Part shown: in pieces, positions 21,736 to 31,226 of the stretch
Layout: every line of letters starts with the position of its first letter
How positions within the stretch are numbered: the stretch's first letter is position 1
Source of the DNA: Candidatus Dormiibacterota bacterium
GTDB taxonomy: Bacteria > Chloroflexota > Dormibacteria > Aeolococcales > Bog-877
Direction: 5' to 3'
Assembly: GCA_027319585.1 (NCBI GenBank)
Contig: DAHVMY010000002.1
Coordinates: 27,155 to 91,154, forward strand
Length of the DNA stretch: 64,000 bases
The notes under the pieces: generated by a model
Told to the model about the DNA's origin: nothing
Databases searched by the model: none
The model's input: only the letters and a program-made list of their open reading frames with translations
Position numbers and translations under genes: made by a program

Positions 21736-22584
21736 TCAGTCCGGCTTGCTGAACTGGCGCATGGCGGCTGCCAGCATGACCACCGCCGCAGCCATGATCA
21801 TGGCGACTTCAAACCACACCGGCAGCACCCAGGCCCCCCAGCTGATGCCGGGGTTGAGGGTCCGGGCCAGGGGTGGGGGAAGCTGGATCTGGCTGAACAC
21901 CGCCTCCCGGAAGGGAGCGACCGCGTAGGAGAGGGGATCGATCTTGCTGAGCACGGCCAGCCAGGCGGGCAGGTCGCTGAGCGGGAAGATCGCGCCCGAC
22001 AGGAAGAACATCGGCAACACGAAGAACTGGGTGACCATCTGGAAGGACTCCACCTGGGAGATACGGGCGGCCAGCATCACCCCGAAGGCGGTGAGCGCAA
22101 AGGAGGTCAGCAGCATCTCGCCCAGCAGGGTCAGGATCATGACCGGGCTGTAGGGAACCCCGACGGTGCCGGCCAGAGCCAGGATGATCGCTCCCTGAAT
22201 GCTGGCCACGGTGGCGCCGCCCAGGCACTTCCCCAAGACCAGCGTCCAGCGGTGCACCGGGGCGACCAGCATCTCGCGCAGGAAACCGAACTCCCGATCC
22301 CAGACGATCGACATCGCCGAGAAGATCGAGGTGAACAGGATCGTCATCCCCAGAACTCCCGGGAACATGAAGGTGCGGAAGTTGAAGTGCTCGGTTTGGC
22401 TGATCAAGGGGGACAGTCCGGTCCCCAGGATGTAAAGGAAGAGGATGGGCTGCGCCAGCGAGGTCACAATGCGCAGCCGGTTGCGGAGAAAGCGGATCAG
22501 CTCCCGTTTCCACACGACCAGGATCGCCCGCAGGTCGTCAGCCAGCCCGTTCCCCGCCACCCGGACCGGCGCGACCGCTGGCAT
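21736..22584 (-). CDS. ABC-2-type transporter permease
   Basis: It is a six-TM ABC-2 permease. The start was moved to M17 (MPAVAPV) to remove a 25-nt overlap with the ATPase gene. Confidence 0.75.
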   Translation of the reverse strand: MPAVAPVRVAGNGLADDLRAILVVWKRELIRFLRNRLRIVTSLAQPILFLYILGTGLSPLISQTEHFNFRTFMFPGVLGMTILFTSIFSAMSIVWDREFGFLREMLVAPVHRWTLVLGKCLGGATVASIQGAIILALAGTVGVPYSPVMILTLLGEMLLTSFALTAFGVMLAARISQVESFQMVTQFFVLPMFFLSGAIFPLSDLPAWLAVLSKIDPLSYAVAPFREAVFSQIQLPPPLARTLNPGISWGAWVLPVWFEVAMIMAAAVVMLAAAMRQFSKPD

Positions 22585-22607
22585 CGACTGCTGGCGAGCC
22601 TGTGCCA

Positions 22608-23630
22608 CTAGCGGCTCCTGGCCCGCATCCACGGGTTCTGCCGCATCTTGTCAGAGCCGCTCACCTCGGCGTCCCGGATGGTACGGCCGGTGTAATTCAT
22701 GAAGACGTCGTCCAGGGTCGGCCGGGCGACGCGCACGGAGAGGATCCGAATGCCCAGCTCGGCGAACAGCCGGGGGACGAACTCCTCCCCCTGATTCACG
22801 AAGAAGGCGACCGCTCCCTCGCTCATCCTGGCGTCCAGGTCGAAGTGCTCGGCAAGCTGACGGATGGTGGCGGGATCGTCGCTGGTGTGCAGCTCCACGC
22901 GGTCCTGGCCGACACTGGCCTTGAGCGCCTCCGGGGTGTCGCTGGCCACGATCAGGCCATTGTCGATGATGGCGATGCGGTCGCAGTACTCAGCCTCATC
23001 CATGTAGTGGGTGGTGAGGAAGATGGTGATCTTCTCCCGCTTCTTCAGCTCGGTGATGTAGCCCCAGATGTGCGATCTCGTCTGCGGGTCCAAGCCCACC
23101 GTCGGTTCGTCCAGGAAGAGCACCCGGGGTGAGTGCAGGAGGCCTCGGGCGATCTCCAGACGGCGCTTCATTCCGCCCGAGAAGGTGCGCACCAGGCTGG
23201 CGCGCCGGTCCCACAGCCCCACCATCTCCATCACCTGCTGCAGCCGGTCCTGGACCTGGCTCTTGGGCACACCGTACAGCTCGGCGTGAAAGCTGAGGTT
23301 CTCGGTGGCGGTGAGGTAGTCGTCCAGGGTGGTGTCCTGGAAGACCAGGCCGATGTGACGCCGAACCTGCGCCTGCTCCCGGACCACGTCGAATCCGGCG
23401 ACCAGGGCTCTGCCCGCACTGGGGCGGGTGATGGTGCAGAGCATGGAGATGGTGGTGGACTTGCCAGCCCCGTTGGGGCCGAGGAAACCGAAGGTCTCCC
23501 CGGCCGCGACCTGGAAATTGACCCCCTTGACCGCCTCCAACTCACCATAGCTCTTGCGCAGGTCCTCAGCCAGGACCGCGGCTGCGCCGCTCAATCGCGC
23601 GGTCCCGATCCCCTGCTGCATCACGGTCAC
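22608..23630 (-). CDS. ABC transporter ATP-binding protein (DrrA-like)
   Basis: Walker A is GPNGAGKST. The signature motif is LSGGMKRRLEIARGLL. Walker B is VLFLDEPTVGLD. Confidence 0.9.
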   Translation of the reverse strand: MTVMQQGIGTARLSGAAAVLAEDLRKSYGELEAVKGVNFQVAAGETFGFLGPNGAGKSTTISMLCTITRPSAGRALVAGFDVVREQAQVRRHIGLVFQDTTLDDYLTATENLSFHAELYGVPKSQVQDRLQQVMEMVGLWDRRASLVRTFSGGMKRRLEIARGLLHSPRVLFLDEPTVGLDPQTRSHIWGYITELKKREKITIFLTTHYMDEAEYCDRIAIIDNGLIVASDTPEALKASVGQDRVELHTSDDPATIRQLAEHFDLDARMSEGAVAFFVNQGEEFVPRLFAELGIRILSVRVARPTLDDVFMNYTGRTIRDAEVSGSDKMRQNPWMRARSR

Positions 23631-23704
23631 CGGTCAAGCTTGCCACGAGGGGCCGACCGCGCGCCAGGACCCGATCCAACCCCGACCGGGCCACCTGGCT
23701 CCGG

Positions 23705-25318
23705 TCAGGGACCGCCTCCAGCCCCCGTCCTGTGAGCGGGGGTGGGAGCGGCCAGCAGCGATCTCAGCCGTTCGAGCAGGGCGACCCCGACAGGGCTGCC
23801 CCATCCGCTGCAGGCGTTCCAACCGGGGTGCGCCGAGTAGGCTCCGTTGCTGCCATCGACCACTTCGCGGGTTACCCCTTCGGGGGCCAACTGCTGGTAC
23901 AGAAGCGGGTTCAGGTGGCCCAGGTCCCGGCCTACGGCGCCCGCGCAGATCGCGACCAGCGCCGCCAACAGCGGCGCCACCGCGCTGGTGCCACCGAAGA
24001 CCGCCGCCTGCTGGTCCACCAGGACGCGGTAGCCGGTCTCAGGGTCCGCGTCGCCGGCCAGATCCGGCAGGCCCCGGCCGTGGAAGTGGCCCGGATTGAC
24101 CGACGGCGGCACCCCAATCCCCACCTGCCAGCTGGGCAGCGGAAACACCGCGCTCACCCCGCCCCCGGTCGCGCCGTCCTGGGGCTGGTCGTTCCACACC
24201 ACCTCACTTTCGATAGCGCCGGCTGCCGCCACCAGGCGGGTGCCTCCGCAGGCGAGCACGTAGGGGCTCGCCGCCGGGTAGTCCACATGGGCCAGGCCGT
24301 CGTTGAGGCCGTCCCCGGAGCCGTTGTCGCCCGCGGCGACGCAGACCGTCATACCCACCAGTGCGGCATCCTGAAATGCGTGCTCGAACGCCTGCACGGT
24401 GGCCGCCGGCCAGCCCGCTTCGGGGCCGCCCCAACTGATCGAGAGGACGGTGGGGGTGTTCTCCTGGTCATGAACCGCGGCCGACACCGCGGCCAGGAAC
24501 CCCTGGTCGGTGTTGGGGGCGAAGTAGACCGCCAGCTTGGCATCAGGTGCGACGGACCCTGCAACCTCGAGGTCGAGAGCGACCTCCCCGTCCGGCCCGT
24601 TGGGATCTCCGGTGGGCCGGTTGGCACCGCCGTCGACCGGAACCGGCACCACGGTCGGAGGCGCCAGGCCAAGGCCGGCGAAGTAGCTCTGGAGATCCGC
24701 AGGTTGGTACCCTCCTCCCAGCTCCAGCAGGCCGATGCACCGGCCCCGGGCCCAGCTCGAAGCCGGATAGCGGTAGACAGCGGCCACCTGGGTTGGATAG
24801 AAGCTCAGCGGGGCCGCCTGGTTGAGGGGCATGGGCGAGCTCGGCAGAGGCAGCCGCCGCAGCCGGGGCGGCATAAATGGCCCGGAGTCCAGACCGAGCA
24901 CCGCCACCACCACCTCGGTCAGATCGACGGGAACAACCGGTCCTGATAGCACTCTTCGGCGCGGCGGGGTGGTGGTGGCGTCGGTCTCGAACTGCGCCCC
25001 GAACAATGACGAGATCTGGGTCAGAGGTGCCGCCAGCACCACCTCGCGTCGTTCCGGCCGGGTCCTGACCACGCGCAGGCCACGGGTCGCCGCCCAGCTC
25101 CGAACGGTCGTGATGTCACCGGGGCTCGCTCCCCGCAGCTGCCCCAACTCCGAACGAGCGACAAAGCCGCCAGTTGAGACTGACTCGGCGCCTTCCCCGC
25201 CGATCCCGGCAACGGCTCTGTCCGTGCGCGGGCGCAGGATCAGTGTGAACTCGAGATCTGGCTCGGGCGGCCCGCTCGGCGCCTCCTGTCGGCCAGGTGG
25301 GGGCAGTTGACCACTCAT
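23705..25318 (-). CDS. sedolisin (S53 serine-carboxyl peptidase, kumamolisin-like) with an N-terminal pro-domain
   Basis: The catalytic serine motif is GGTSAVAPLLAALVA. The Glu/Asp region is GEVALDLEV, and ISWGGPE is also present. The start is ATG 25318 (MSGQLPPPGRQ). The longer ORF-track call overlaps the next gene. I found no signal peptide. Confidence 0.8.
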   Translation of the reverse strand: MSGQLPPPGRQEAPSGPPEPDLEFTLILRPRTDRAVAGIGGEGAESVSTGGFVARSELGQLRGASPGDITTVRSWAATRGLRVVRTRPERREVVLAAPLTQISSLFGAQFETDATTTPPRRRVLSGPVVPVDLTEVVVAVLGLDSGPFMPPRLRRLPLPSSPMPLNQAAPLSFYPTQVAAVYRYPASSWARGRCIGLLELGGGYQPADLQSYFAGLGLAPPTVVPVPVDGGANRPTGDPNGPDGEVALDLEVAGSVAPDAKLAVYFAPNTDQGFLAAVSAAVHDQENTPTVLSISWGGPEAGWPAATVQAFEHAFQDAALVGMTVCVAAGDNGSGDGLNDGLAHVDYPAASPYVLACGGTRLVAAAGAIESEVVWNDQPQDGATGGGVSAVFPLPSWQVGIGVPPSVNPGHFHGRGLPDLAGDADPETGYRVLVDQQAAVFGGTSAVAPLLAALVAICAGAVGRDLGHLNPLLYQQLAPEGVTREVVDGSNGAYSAHPGWNACSGWGSPVGVALLERLRSLLAAPTPAHRTGAGGGP

Positions 25319-26176
25319 CCCCAGCAGTATCGCCGGTTCTCCGACCGGCGACGAACCACCTCGGTCGCCGAGTCCGCCCTCGGCGTCATCATGGGCGCCA
25401 TGGCCTCGCTCCCGGAGCTGATCGCGGATGCCATCGCACACCCCATCTCGGGCTGGGACTTCTCCTGGGTCGCGGGCCGGATGCGGTCCACGGCGCCACC
25501 CTGGAGCTACGATCGGATCGTCGCGGTGGCGGCCGCCCGCTCGCCGGATCTGCTGGACCTGGGAACAGGTGGCGGCGAGTGGCTGGCACAGCTCCGGAGC
25601 CGGCCCCCCAGGACGGTGGCAGTCGAGGGGCTGGCGCCCAACGTCAGCGTGGCCCGGGCTCGCCTCGAGCCACTTGGCATCGAGGTGCTCCCGTACCAAG
25701 GACCGTCCGACAACATGACCCAAACGGCGCATGAGCCCCAGTTGCCATTCCCGGACGCGTCGTTCGCTCTCATCGTCAACCGCCACGAGTCCTTCGTGGC
25801 GGCCGAGGTGCACCGCGTGCTGAAACCGGGCGGGCTGTTCATCACCCAACAGGTGGGCTCATACGACTCGGTGCGGGCGCTGCTGGGCGCGCCCGCGGCG
25901 GGGCCAGCAGCCAGCTGGAGCGTGGCCGAGGCGAGACGCCAGCTGCAGGCGGCGGGCCTGACGATCGAGGCGGCACGGGCGGTGCGGATCCAAACCAAAG
26001 TGGACGACGTCGGCGCCCTGGTCTGGTACCTGCGGGCGGTTCCATGGGAGATCCCGGACTTCACGGTGGAGCGGTACCTGGATCGCCTTCAGGAGCTCCA
26101 CCAGAGGTGTGCCACCGGCCCTCTCAGCTTCTCGGAGGAGCGGTTCATCGTCCAGGCGCGCAAGCCGCAGCCGTGA
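25307..26176 (+). CDS. class I SAM-dependent methyltransferase
   Basis: Motif I is LLDLGTGGGEW. VLKPGGLFITQQ is also present. An alternative start at ATG 25392 would remove the 12-nt overlap with the sedolisin. Confidence 0.7.
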   Translation: MTTHPQQYRRFSDRRRTTSVAESALGVIMGAMASLPELIADAIAHPISGWDFSWVAGRMRSTAPPWSYDRIVAVAAARSPDLLDLGTGGGEWLAQLRSRPPRTVAVEGLAPNVSVARARLEPLGIEVLPYQGPSDNMTQTAHEPQLPFPDASFALIVNRHESFVAAEVHRVLKPGGLFITQQVGSYDSVRALLGAPAAGPAASWSVAEARRQLQAAGLTIEAARAVRIQTKVDDVGALVWYLRAVPWEIPDFTVERYLDRLQELHQRCATGPLSFSEERFIVQARKPQP

Positions 26177-26240
26177 TCCGACTGGTGGATGCCCCAGCTC
26201 AGCGCGGCCTGGGGTATGGAGCGGCCGCGGGCCAGGGATC

Positions 26241-27068
26241 CTAATGCTCCAGAGCCAGTCCCCTGGTGATGTGCAGCACCCCCACGAAGTTGCGGAACAC
26301 CTCCAGGGGTGCGGCGCCCCCCACCATCACCTCGGTGTCACCGATTCGGCTGACGTCTCGGATGGCGGTCGCCAGCTCCGCCAGGTCTGCGTTGCGCATC
26401 CTCAGCTTGAGGGTGGGATGCCCCGCGAATTGGGGCGCGCGCATGGAGTCGAGTCCCCGGATGGCGGCGCTGGCGGCATCCCGGATCAGCTCTCGTGCCC
26501 GCTCGGGGTGCAGATTCTGAGCGGCCATCCGGGTCACTGAACGCTTGACCACCGCTGCTGTCACCCCCAGGCAGATGGCGGCGGTCTGGGAAGCTGTGTG
26601 CTGATCGCCGCTCACCAGAGCGATGGGGACCCGGAAGTGCGCCGCCACCAGGGCGTTGATCCCCGCCTCTCCGACCATGGTGCCGTCGAGCTCCGCCGCC
26701 AGCACCGCTGAGGGATTGTAGGTGTGCGACAGCGTGGACGGGGGGCCGTCCACAGACCCGTGGTAGCCGATGAAGAAGATCGCCTGGAAGGTCTCGTCCA
26801 AACCCTCCATCATGTAGAGCGGCTTGTGCCTGCCCGATAGGTAATCGGCCCGCCCGTGGATCTGGTCGGGGGCAAGGTTCTGCATCGCCCCGTGCGAGTC
26901 GTTGACCAAGAACTCGGTCGCGCCTGCGGCGGCGGCGCCGTCGATCGCCGCGTTGACCTCCGCCAGCAGCAACCGCCGCCCCAGTTCGAACTCCGGACCG
27001 GGGCCGCACTGCTGCCAGTCGACCACCCCGGCAACGCCCTCCATGTCGCATGAGATGTAGACCTTCAC
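26241..27068 (-). CDS. dppA: D-aminopeptidase DppA (peptidase M55)
   Basis: VKVYISCDMEGVAGV matches the M55 N-terminus (MKVYISADIEGI). A GTG start at 27068 is preceded by a GGAGG ribosome-binding site. The longer ORF-track call overlaps the aldo/keto reductase. Confidence 0.8.
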   Translation of the reverse strand: MKVYISCDMEGVAGVVDWQQCGPGPEFELGRRLLLAEVNAAIDGAAAAGATEFLVNDSHGAMQNLAPDQIHGRADYLSGRHKPLYMMEGLDETFQAIFFIGYHGSVDGPPSTLSHTYNPSAVLAAELDGTMVGEAGINALVAAHFRVPIALVSGDQHTASQTAAICLGVTAAVVKRSVTRMAAQNLHPERARELIRDAASAAIRGLDSMRAPQFAGHPTLKLRMRNADLAELATAIRDVSRIGDTEVMVGGAAPLEVFRNFVGVLHITRGLALEH

Positions 27069-27099
27069 GAGTAGCCTCCAGGTGCGCGGTTGTCGAGTG

Positions 27100-28086
27100 T
27101 CATGGGCGCGGACTCCGGCGGGTGATCCGGTCGAGCTCGACCCAGTCCTCGGCGCTGGCGACCCAGCTGGCCGCTGCGACATTGGCGGCGACCTGCTCTT
27201 CGCTCATCGCTCCTGCGATGACCGAAGAGACCGCGGCCCGACCCAGCAGAGCGCCGATCGCGACCTGCAACAGCGTGATCTCCCGCTCCCGCGCGAAGGC
27301 CTGCAGCGCCTCCAGCACATCGAACTTGGCCTGATCGGCAAGACTGGCGGCGTTGGCCCCTGACGAGAGCCTGGTCCCCGGCGGCGCCGGTTCCCCGCGT
27401 CGGTACTTGCCGGTCAGCAGGCCGCTCGCGAGCGGGAAGTAGGGCAACAGGCCGATTCCCAGATGCTCGATCGCGGGCAACACCTCGCGCTCGATCCCGC
27501 GCTCCAGCAGGCTGTACTCGTCCTGCGAGGAGGTGATCTCGGTGAGGCCGCGGCTGCGTGCGGTCCACTGCGCATCGACCAGCTGCCAGCCGGCGAAATT
27601 GGACACTCCCAACCAGCGCACCTTGCCCTCTTTGACCAATTCGTGAAGCGCCCCCAGGGTCTCCGCGATCGGAGTGTTGGGGTCCGGCTCGTGCATCTGG
27701 TAGAGGTCGATGTGGTCCACCCCCAGCCGCCCCAGGCTGCCCTCCACCGCCTTCCGGATGTACTCCGGAGAGCCGCGCCGGTCCGAGGGCTCCAGCCCCT
27801 CCTTGAACATGCCGAACTTGGTGGCGATGAGTACCAGATCGCGGCGGCCCCGAAGCGCCGCTCCCAGGTAGCGCTCGCTCTCCCCGCCGCCATAAATGTC
27901 GGCGGTGTCGAACAGATTGATCCCGTGGTCCAGCGCCGCGTCGACCACCGCTCGGGCGCCGGCCTGGTCGAGTCTGCGGCCGAAGTTGTTGGTGCCGACT
28001 CCGATCTCGGAGACCTCCGGTCCGAGCGGACCCAGCCGCCGCCTGCGCAACTGACTGCTCACAAATCTGCTCCCTGCTCCCACCAT
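27100..28086 (-). CDS. aldo/keto reductase
   Basis: It contains GVGTNNFG, DTADIYGGGESE and GVSNF. The start was chosen at MVGAGSRF. Confidence 0.85.
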   Translation of the reverse strand: MVGAGSRFVSSQLRRRRLGPLGPEVSEIGVGTNNFGRRLDQAGARAVVDAALDHGINLFDTADIYGGGESERYLGAALRGRRDLVLIATKFGMFKEGLEPSDRRGSPEYIRKAVEGSLGRLGVDHIDLYQMHEPDPNTPIAETLGALHELVKEGKVRWLGVSNFAGWQLVDAQWTARSRGLTEITSSQDEYSLLERGIEREVLPAIEHLGIGLLPYFPLASGLLTGKYRRGEPAPPGTRLSSGANAASLADQAKFDVLEALQAFAREREITLLQVAIGALLGRAAVSSVIAGAMSEEQVAANVAAASWVASAEDWVELDRITRRSPRP

Positions 28087-28177
28087 GGCGACGGCCGACC
28101 GCCGGCCCGTGCCCTTCCCCATGATGCCAGGGCGACGCGTACCGGCCGGCAAGCGGACGACTCAGCGATGGAGTCGA

Positions 28178-28654
28178 TCAGCCCCGCGGGTCCTTGCCGT
28201 TCCCCTCCGGCGCGCCCCTGATCCCGGCGACCAGTTTGTCCAGTCGATCCGCGAGCACGGTCATGTCCTCGTCGCTCAGGTAGCGGGCGAAGTCCTCCTC
28301 CACCGCGACCTGCAGGGCCGCCAGCAGCTCCCACATGAGCTCCCGCCCGGCCGGGGTCGCCTCCACCCAGATGAGGCGCCGGTCCCTGGTGGAAGCCCGT
28401 CGTGCGACCAGCAGCCGCTTCTCGAGGCGGTCGACGATGCGGCTCACCCCGCTCTTGCTGAAGCAGGTGGCATGGGCCAGCTCCAGCATCCCCATACGAC
28501 CGCCGGCGGCTGCCCCGAGCCGCACCACCACCTCCGCCTCGGAGAGGGAGAGTCCGGTCGCCAGTTCCAGCCGCCGACTCAAGGAGACCTCCAGCAGCCG
28601 GTGCGCCTGGAGCAGGCTCAGGGTGGCGGCAACCGGGGAGAGGCCCTCATCCAT
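28178..28654 (-). CDS. MarR-family transcriptional regulator
   Basis: The winged helix-turn-helix is LSLSEAEVVVRLGAAAGGRMGMLELAHATCFSKSGVSRIVDRLEKRLLVARRASTRDRRLIWVEATPAGR. The start is at MDEGLSPV. Confidence 0.7.
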   Translation of the reverse strand: MDEGLSPVAATLSLLQAHRLLEVSLSRRLELATGLSLSEAEVVVRLGAAAGGRMGMLELAHATCFSKSGVSRIVDRLEKRLLVARRASTRDRRLIWVEATPAGRELMWELLAALQVAVEEDFARYLSDEDMTVLADRLDKLVAGIRGAPEGNGKDPRG

Positions 28655-28743
28655 GATGGGTTCCCGGAAGCGGCGGCAATCCCCCTGGCTGGGGCGCCAC
28701 CTCACCCGGAGTCGGGCCGCATCCGGCGGACTGACCCGCGCCC

Positions 28744-29622
28744 TCAGCCCTGCACGACCGGGTTGGTGAGCCGACCAATCCCCTCCACCTCCACCTCGAT
28801 CCGATCGCCCGGTCGCAGAAAGCGCGGCGGCTGGCGCTTGTATCCGACCCCCGAGGGGGTGCCGGTGGCGATGACGTCGCCGCACTCCAGCGTTATTCCC
28901 GACGAGATGAAGCTGATCGCCTCCGCCACCGAGAACAGCATCGCGGCGGTGCTCCCGACCTGCACCGCCTCCCCGTTTAAGTAGGTTCTGAGCGTTAGCT
29001 GCTGGGGGTCCGCCACATCCGCGGCCAGGGTGAGACCCGGACCCATCGGACAGAAGGTGTCCAGCGCCTTGCCCATGGTGTACTGCCCGGTCTGGAACTG
29101 CAGGTCCCTGGCGCTGACGTCGTTCATAGGCGCGTAGCCCCCCACGAACTTGAGCGCATCCTGCTCTCCCACCCGGTGGCAGCGCCTTCCGATCACCACC
29201 GCCAGCTCACCTTCGTAGTCCACCTGCCGGCTGATCCCCGGCAGGTGGATCGGCTCGCCGTTGCCCACCAGAGCGTTGCGAAACTTGGCGAACAGGTTGG
29301 GAACCTTGGGCCGCTCGCTGGCCATCTCGGCAACGTGTTCGGCATAGTTCTGGCCGAGACAGATGATCTTGTCCGGATCAGGCACCGGGGGGCCGAGCCG
29401 GACATCCTCGAGGCGGAGAACCGGAGGCTCCCGGTTTCCAAGCCGGCCCCTGGCTTCCAGGACGAGATGCTGGATGACGTCCGGCCCCAGCTCCAGAAGG
29501 CGCCGCACCGTGGGCGCCTCGAGCCCGCGGGCCCTGCTCAGCTCCGTGGCCTCGACCAGCAGCCCTTCTTCCTCGAAACCCGCCACCAACCGGTCGTCCT
29601 TACGGAAGCTGACCAACCTCAC
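28744..29622 (-). CDS. fumarylacetoacetate hydrolase-family protein (2-keto-4-pentenoate hydratase-like)
   Basis: GEPIHLPGISRQVDYEGELAVVIGR and the FAH-fold metal site are present. It is 292 aa long. Confidence 0.85.
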   Translation of the reverse strand: MRLVSFRKDDRLVAGFEEEGLLVEATELSRARGLEAPTVRRLLELGPDVIQHLVLEARGRLGNREPPVLRLEDVRLGPPVPDPDKIICLGQNYAEHVAEMASERPKVPNLFAKFRNALVGNGEPIHLPGISRQVDYEGELAVVIGRRCHRVGEQDALKFVGGYAPMNDVSARDLQFQTGQYTMGKALDTFCPMGPGLTLAADVADPQQLTLRTYLNGEAVQVGSTAAMLFSVAEAISFISSGITLECGDVIATGTPSGVGYKRQPPRFLRPGDRIEVEVEGIGRLTNPVVQG

Positions 29623-30254
29623 CGGGATCCTCCCAATCGACCACCGCCCTGCCGATCCCCCGCGCGGCTCTCTGCTCCTGCGGGCTCAGGCTTGCGTCGG
29701 CAGGAGCCAGCCCTACCATGATCCCGCAGTCGCCGGTGGGAGCGGGGGTCACGCGGCCACGAGTTTGTTCCCGGGCAGCTGAAACACGGTCATCGTCATC
29801 GTGAGAACAGTGGCCGACCCAGGCTGCGATGCCTTCGTCCACGCCTGGTTCCTCATCCGAGCAGCATTCGGCTACGGCGCTGACCTGAAGTCTCACGACT
29901 CCCAGTCTCGGCACGTCCGCCCCGGATTCCTGGGGGAAGGTGGACACCGACTCTTGCCCCCGCTGGGGTCAGGATGCGGCGACGGGCTTGGGCCCGAGGA
30001 CCGGAGACAATCCAAGAGCGCACCGGGTCGGGCAGATCCCCGGGACAGACCACAGGGCAGTGCTCCCGAGGCGCCGGGAATCAGGGCAGCGCGCCCACCG
30101 GTTTGACCCCCGCGCCGCCCCACCAGTAAGCTACATGCCAGTTGAGCGGCGATGGGGCTCGCCGCGGCATCCGTGCCGAGACGCTCCGTGCTGGAGCTAA
30201 TGGCCCCTGGCTTCGGTTGATTTTCGTGTCTGAAGGAGCTAGGGCCAGCTTGGA

Positions 30255-31226
30255 GTGGCGTTCGGACCGGTGCGCCCCGTGGTAGCCGCCGCCGTTGGAC
30301 AGGTGGTAGCTGTCCTGGTGGTGCTGATGCTCTCGCCCCTGCTGCGAGGGGTGATCGAGAACCTCAAGGCGAAGGTGCAGTCGCGCCAGGGCTCGCCGTG
30401 GCTACAGCCCTATTTCGATCTCTGGAAGCACCTGCACAAGCAGCGCAGTCGCACGGTGCACAGTTCGACCGTCTCCACGGTCGCGCCGTACGTGGTCTTC
30501 GCCACTCCGATCGCGTTTGCGATCCTGATCCCGGTGCTGACCGCGGCACCTCTCAGTTGGGCCTTCATGGCCGACATGGTCGGAAGCGGGTTCGTCATCG
30601 GCATCGGCGGTTTCTTCACCAACCTCGCCGCCATGGACGGCGGGAGTCCCTACGGTGGACTCGGAAGCAGCCGGTCCCGGTTCGTGTCAACGCTTGCCGA
30701 ACCGACATTCATCGTGGTTTTCTTCGCCGTCGGTTTCATTTCCGGAGGCACGGTGCCGTTCGTGGTCAACAACGCGCTCTTCACCAGCGCTGCCCGCGTG
30801 GTGCCCAGCCACGCGCTGGTGGCCGCAGCGTTCCTGATGGTGATCTTGGCGGAGGCGGGGCGGCTCCCCATCGACAACCCCAATAGCTCGCAGGAGCTGT
30901 CGATGATCGAAGGCTCCCGCCTCTACGAGTTCTCCGGGCCTGATCTGGCGCTCTTTGAGTGGGGCGGCCACATGAAGTTGTTTGTTCTGCTCATCGTCTG
31001 GCTCAATGTGCTGGTCCTACCGCTGGGTCTGGCGCAGGCCATCACGGTGCCCGCGTTCCTGGTGGCGATTGCGTCTCTGATGGGAAAGATGCTGGCCGCG
31101 GCCGTCCTGGTGGTGGGAATCGAGTCGGCTTTGGCCAAGATCCGCATCATGCGCGTGCCTGAGTACCTGGGAGGCAGTTTCGTGCTCGCCTTTCTGGGCC
31201 TGGCCCTCTACACGGTGGGACATTGA
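30255..31226 (+). CDS. HycD/NuoH-like membrane subunit of a group-4-hydrogenase-like (Ehr-type) complex
   Basis: It is an eight-TM protein. The N-terminal LKAKVQSRQGSPWLQPYFDLWK is typical of HycD/HyfC/NuoH. A GTG start is preceded by GAAGGAG. Confidence 0.8.
   Translation: MAFGPVRPVVAAAVGQVVAVLVVLMLSPLLRGVIENLKAKVQSRQGSPWLQPYFDLWKHLHKQRSRTVHSSTVSTVAPYVVFATPIAFAILIPVLTAAPLSWAFMADMVGSGFVIGIGGFFTNLAAMDGGSPYGGLGSSRSRFVSTLAEPTFIVVFFAVGFISGGTVPFVVNNALFTSAARVVPSHALVAAAFLMVILAEAGRLPIDNPNSSQELSMIEGSRLYEFSGPDLALFEWGGHMKLFVLLIVWLNVLVLPLGLAQAITVPAFLVAIASLMGKMLAAAVLVVGIESALAKIRIMRVPEYLGGSFVLAFLGLALYTVGH

Noticed and set aside
19182-21928. Long overlapping ORFs (19182-20411 minus, 19814-21928 plus)
   Set aside because: They are antisense or out of frame relative to the clear Mrp/ApbC and HD-domain genes. 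Their translations are Arg/Pro/Gly-rich with no motifs.
29600-30200. Small ORFs in the long leader upstream of the hydrogenase-like operon
   Set aside because: They have no ribosome-binding site and no motif. Their translations are typical of out-of-frame GC-rich DNA. I kept the region as a regulatory candidate instead.
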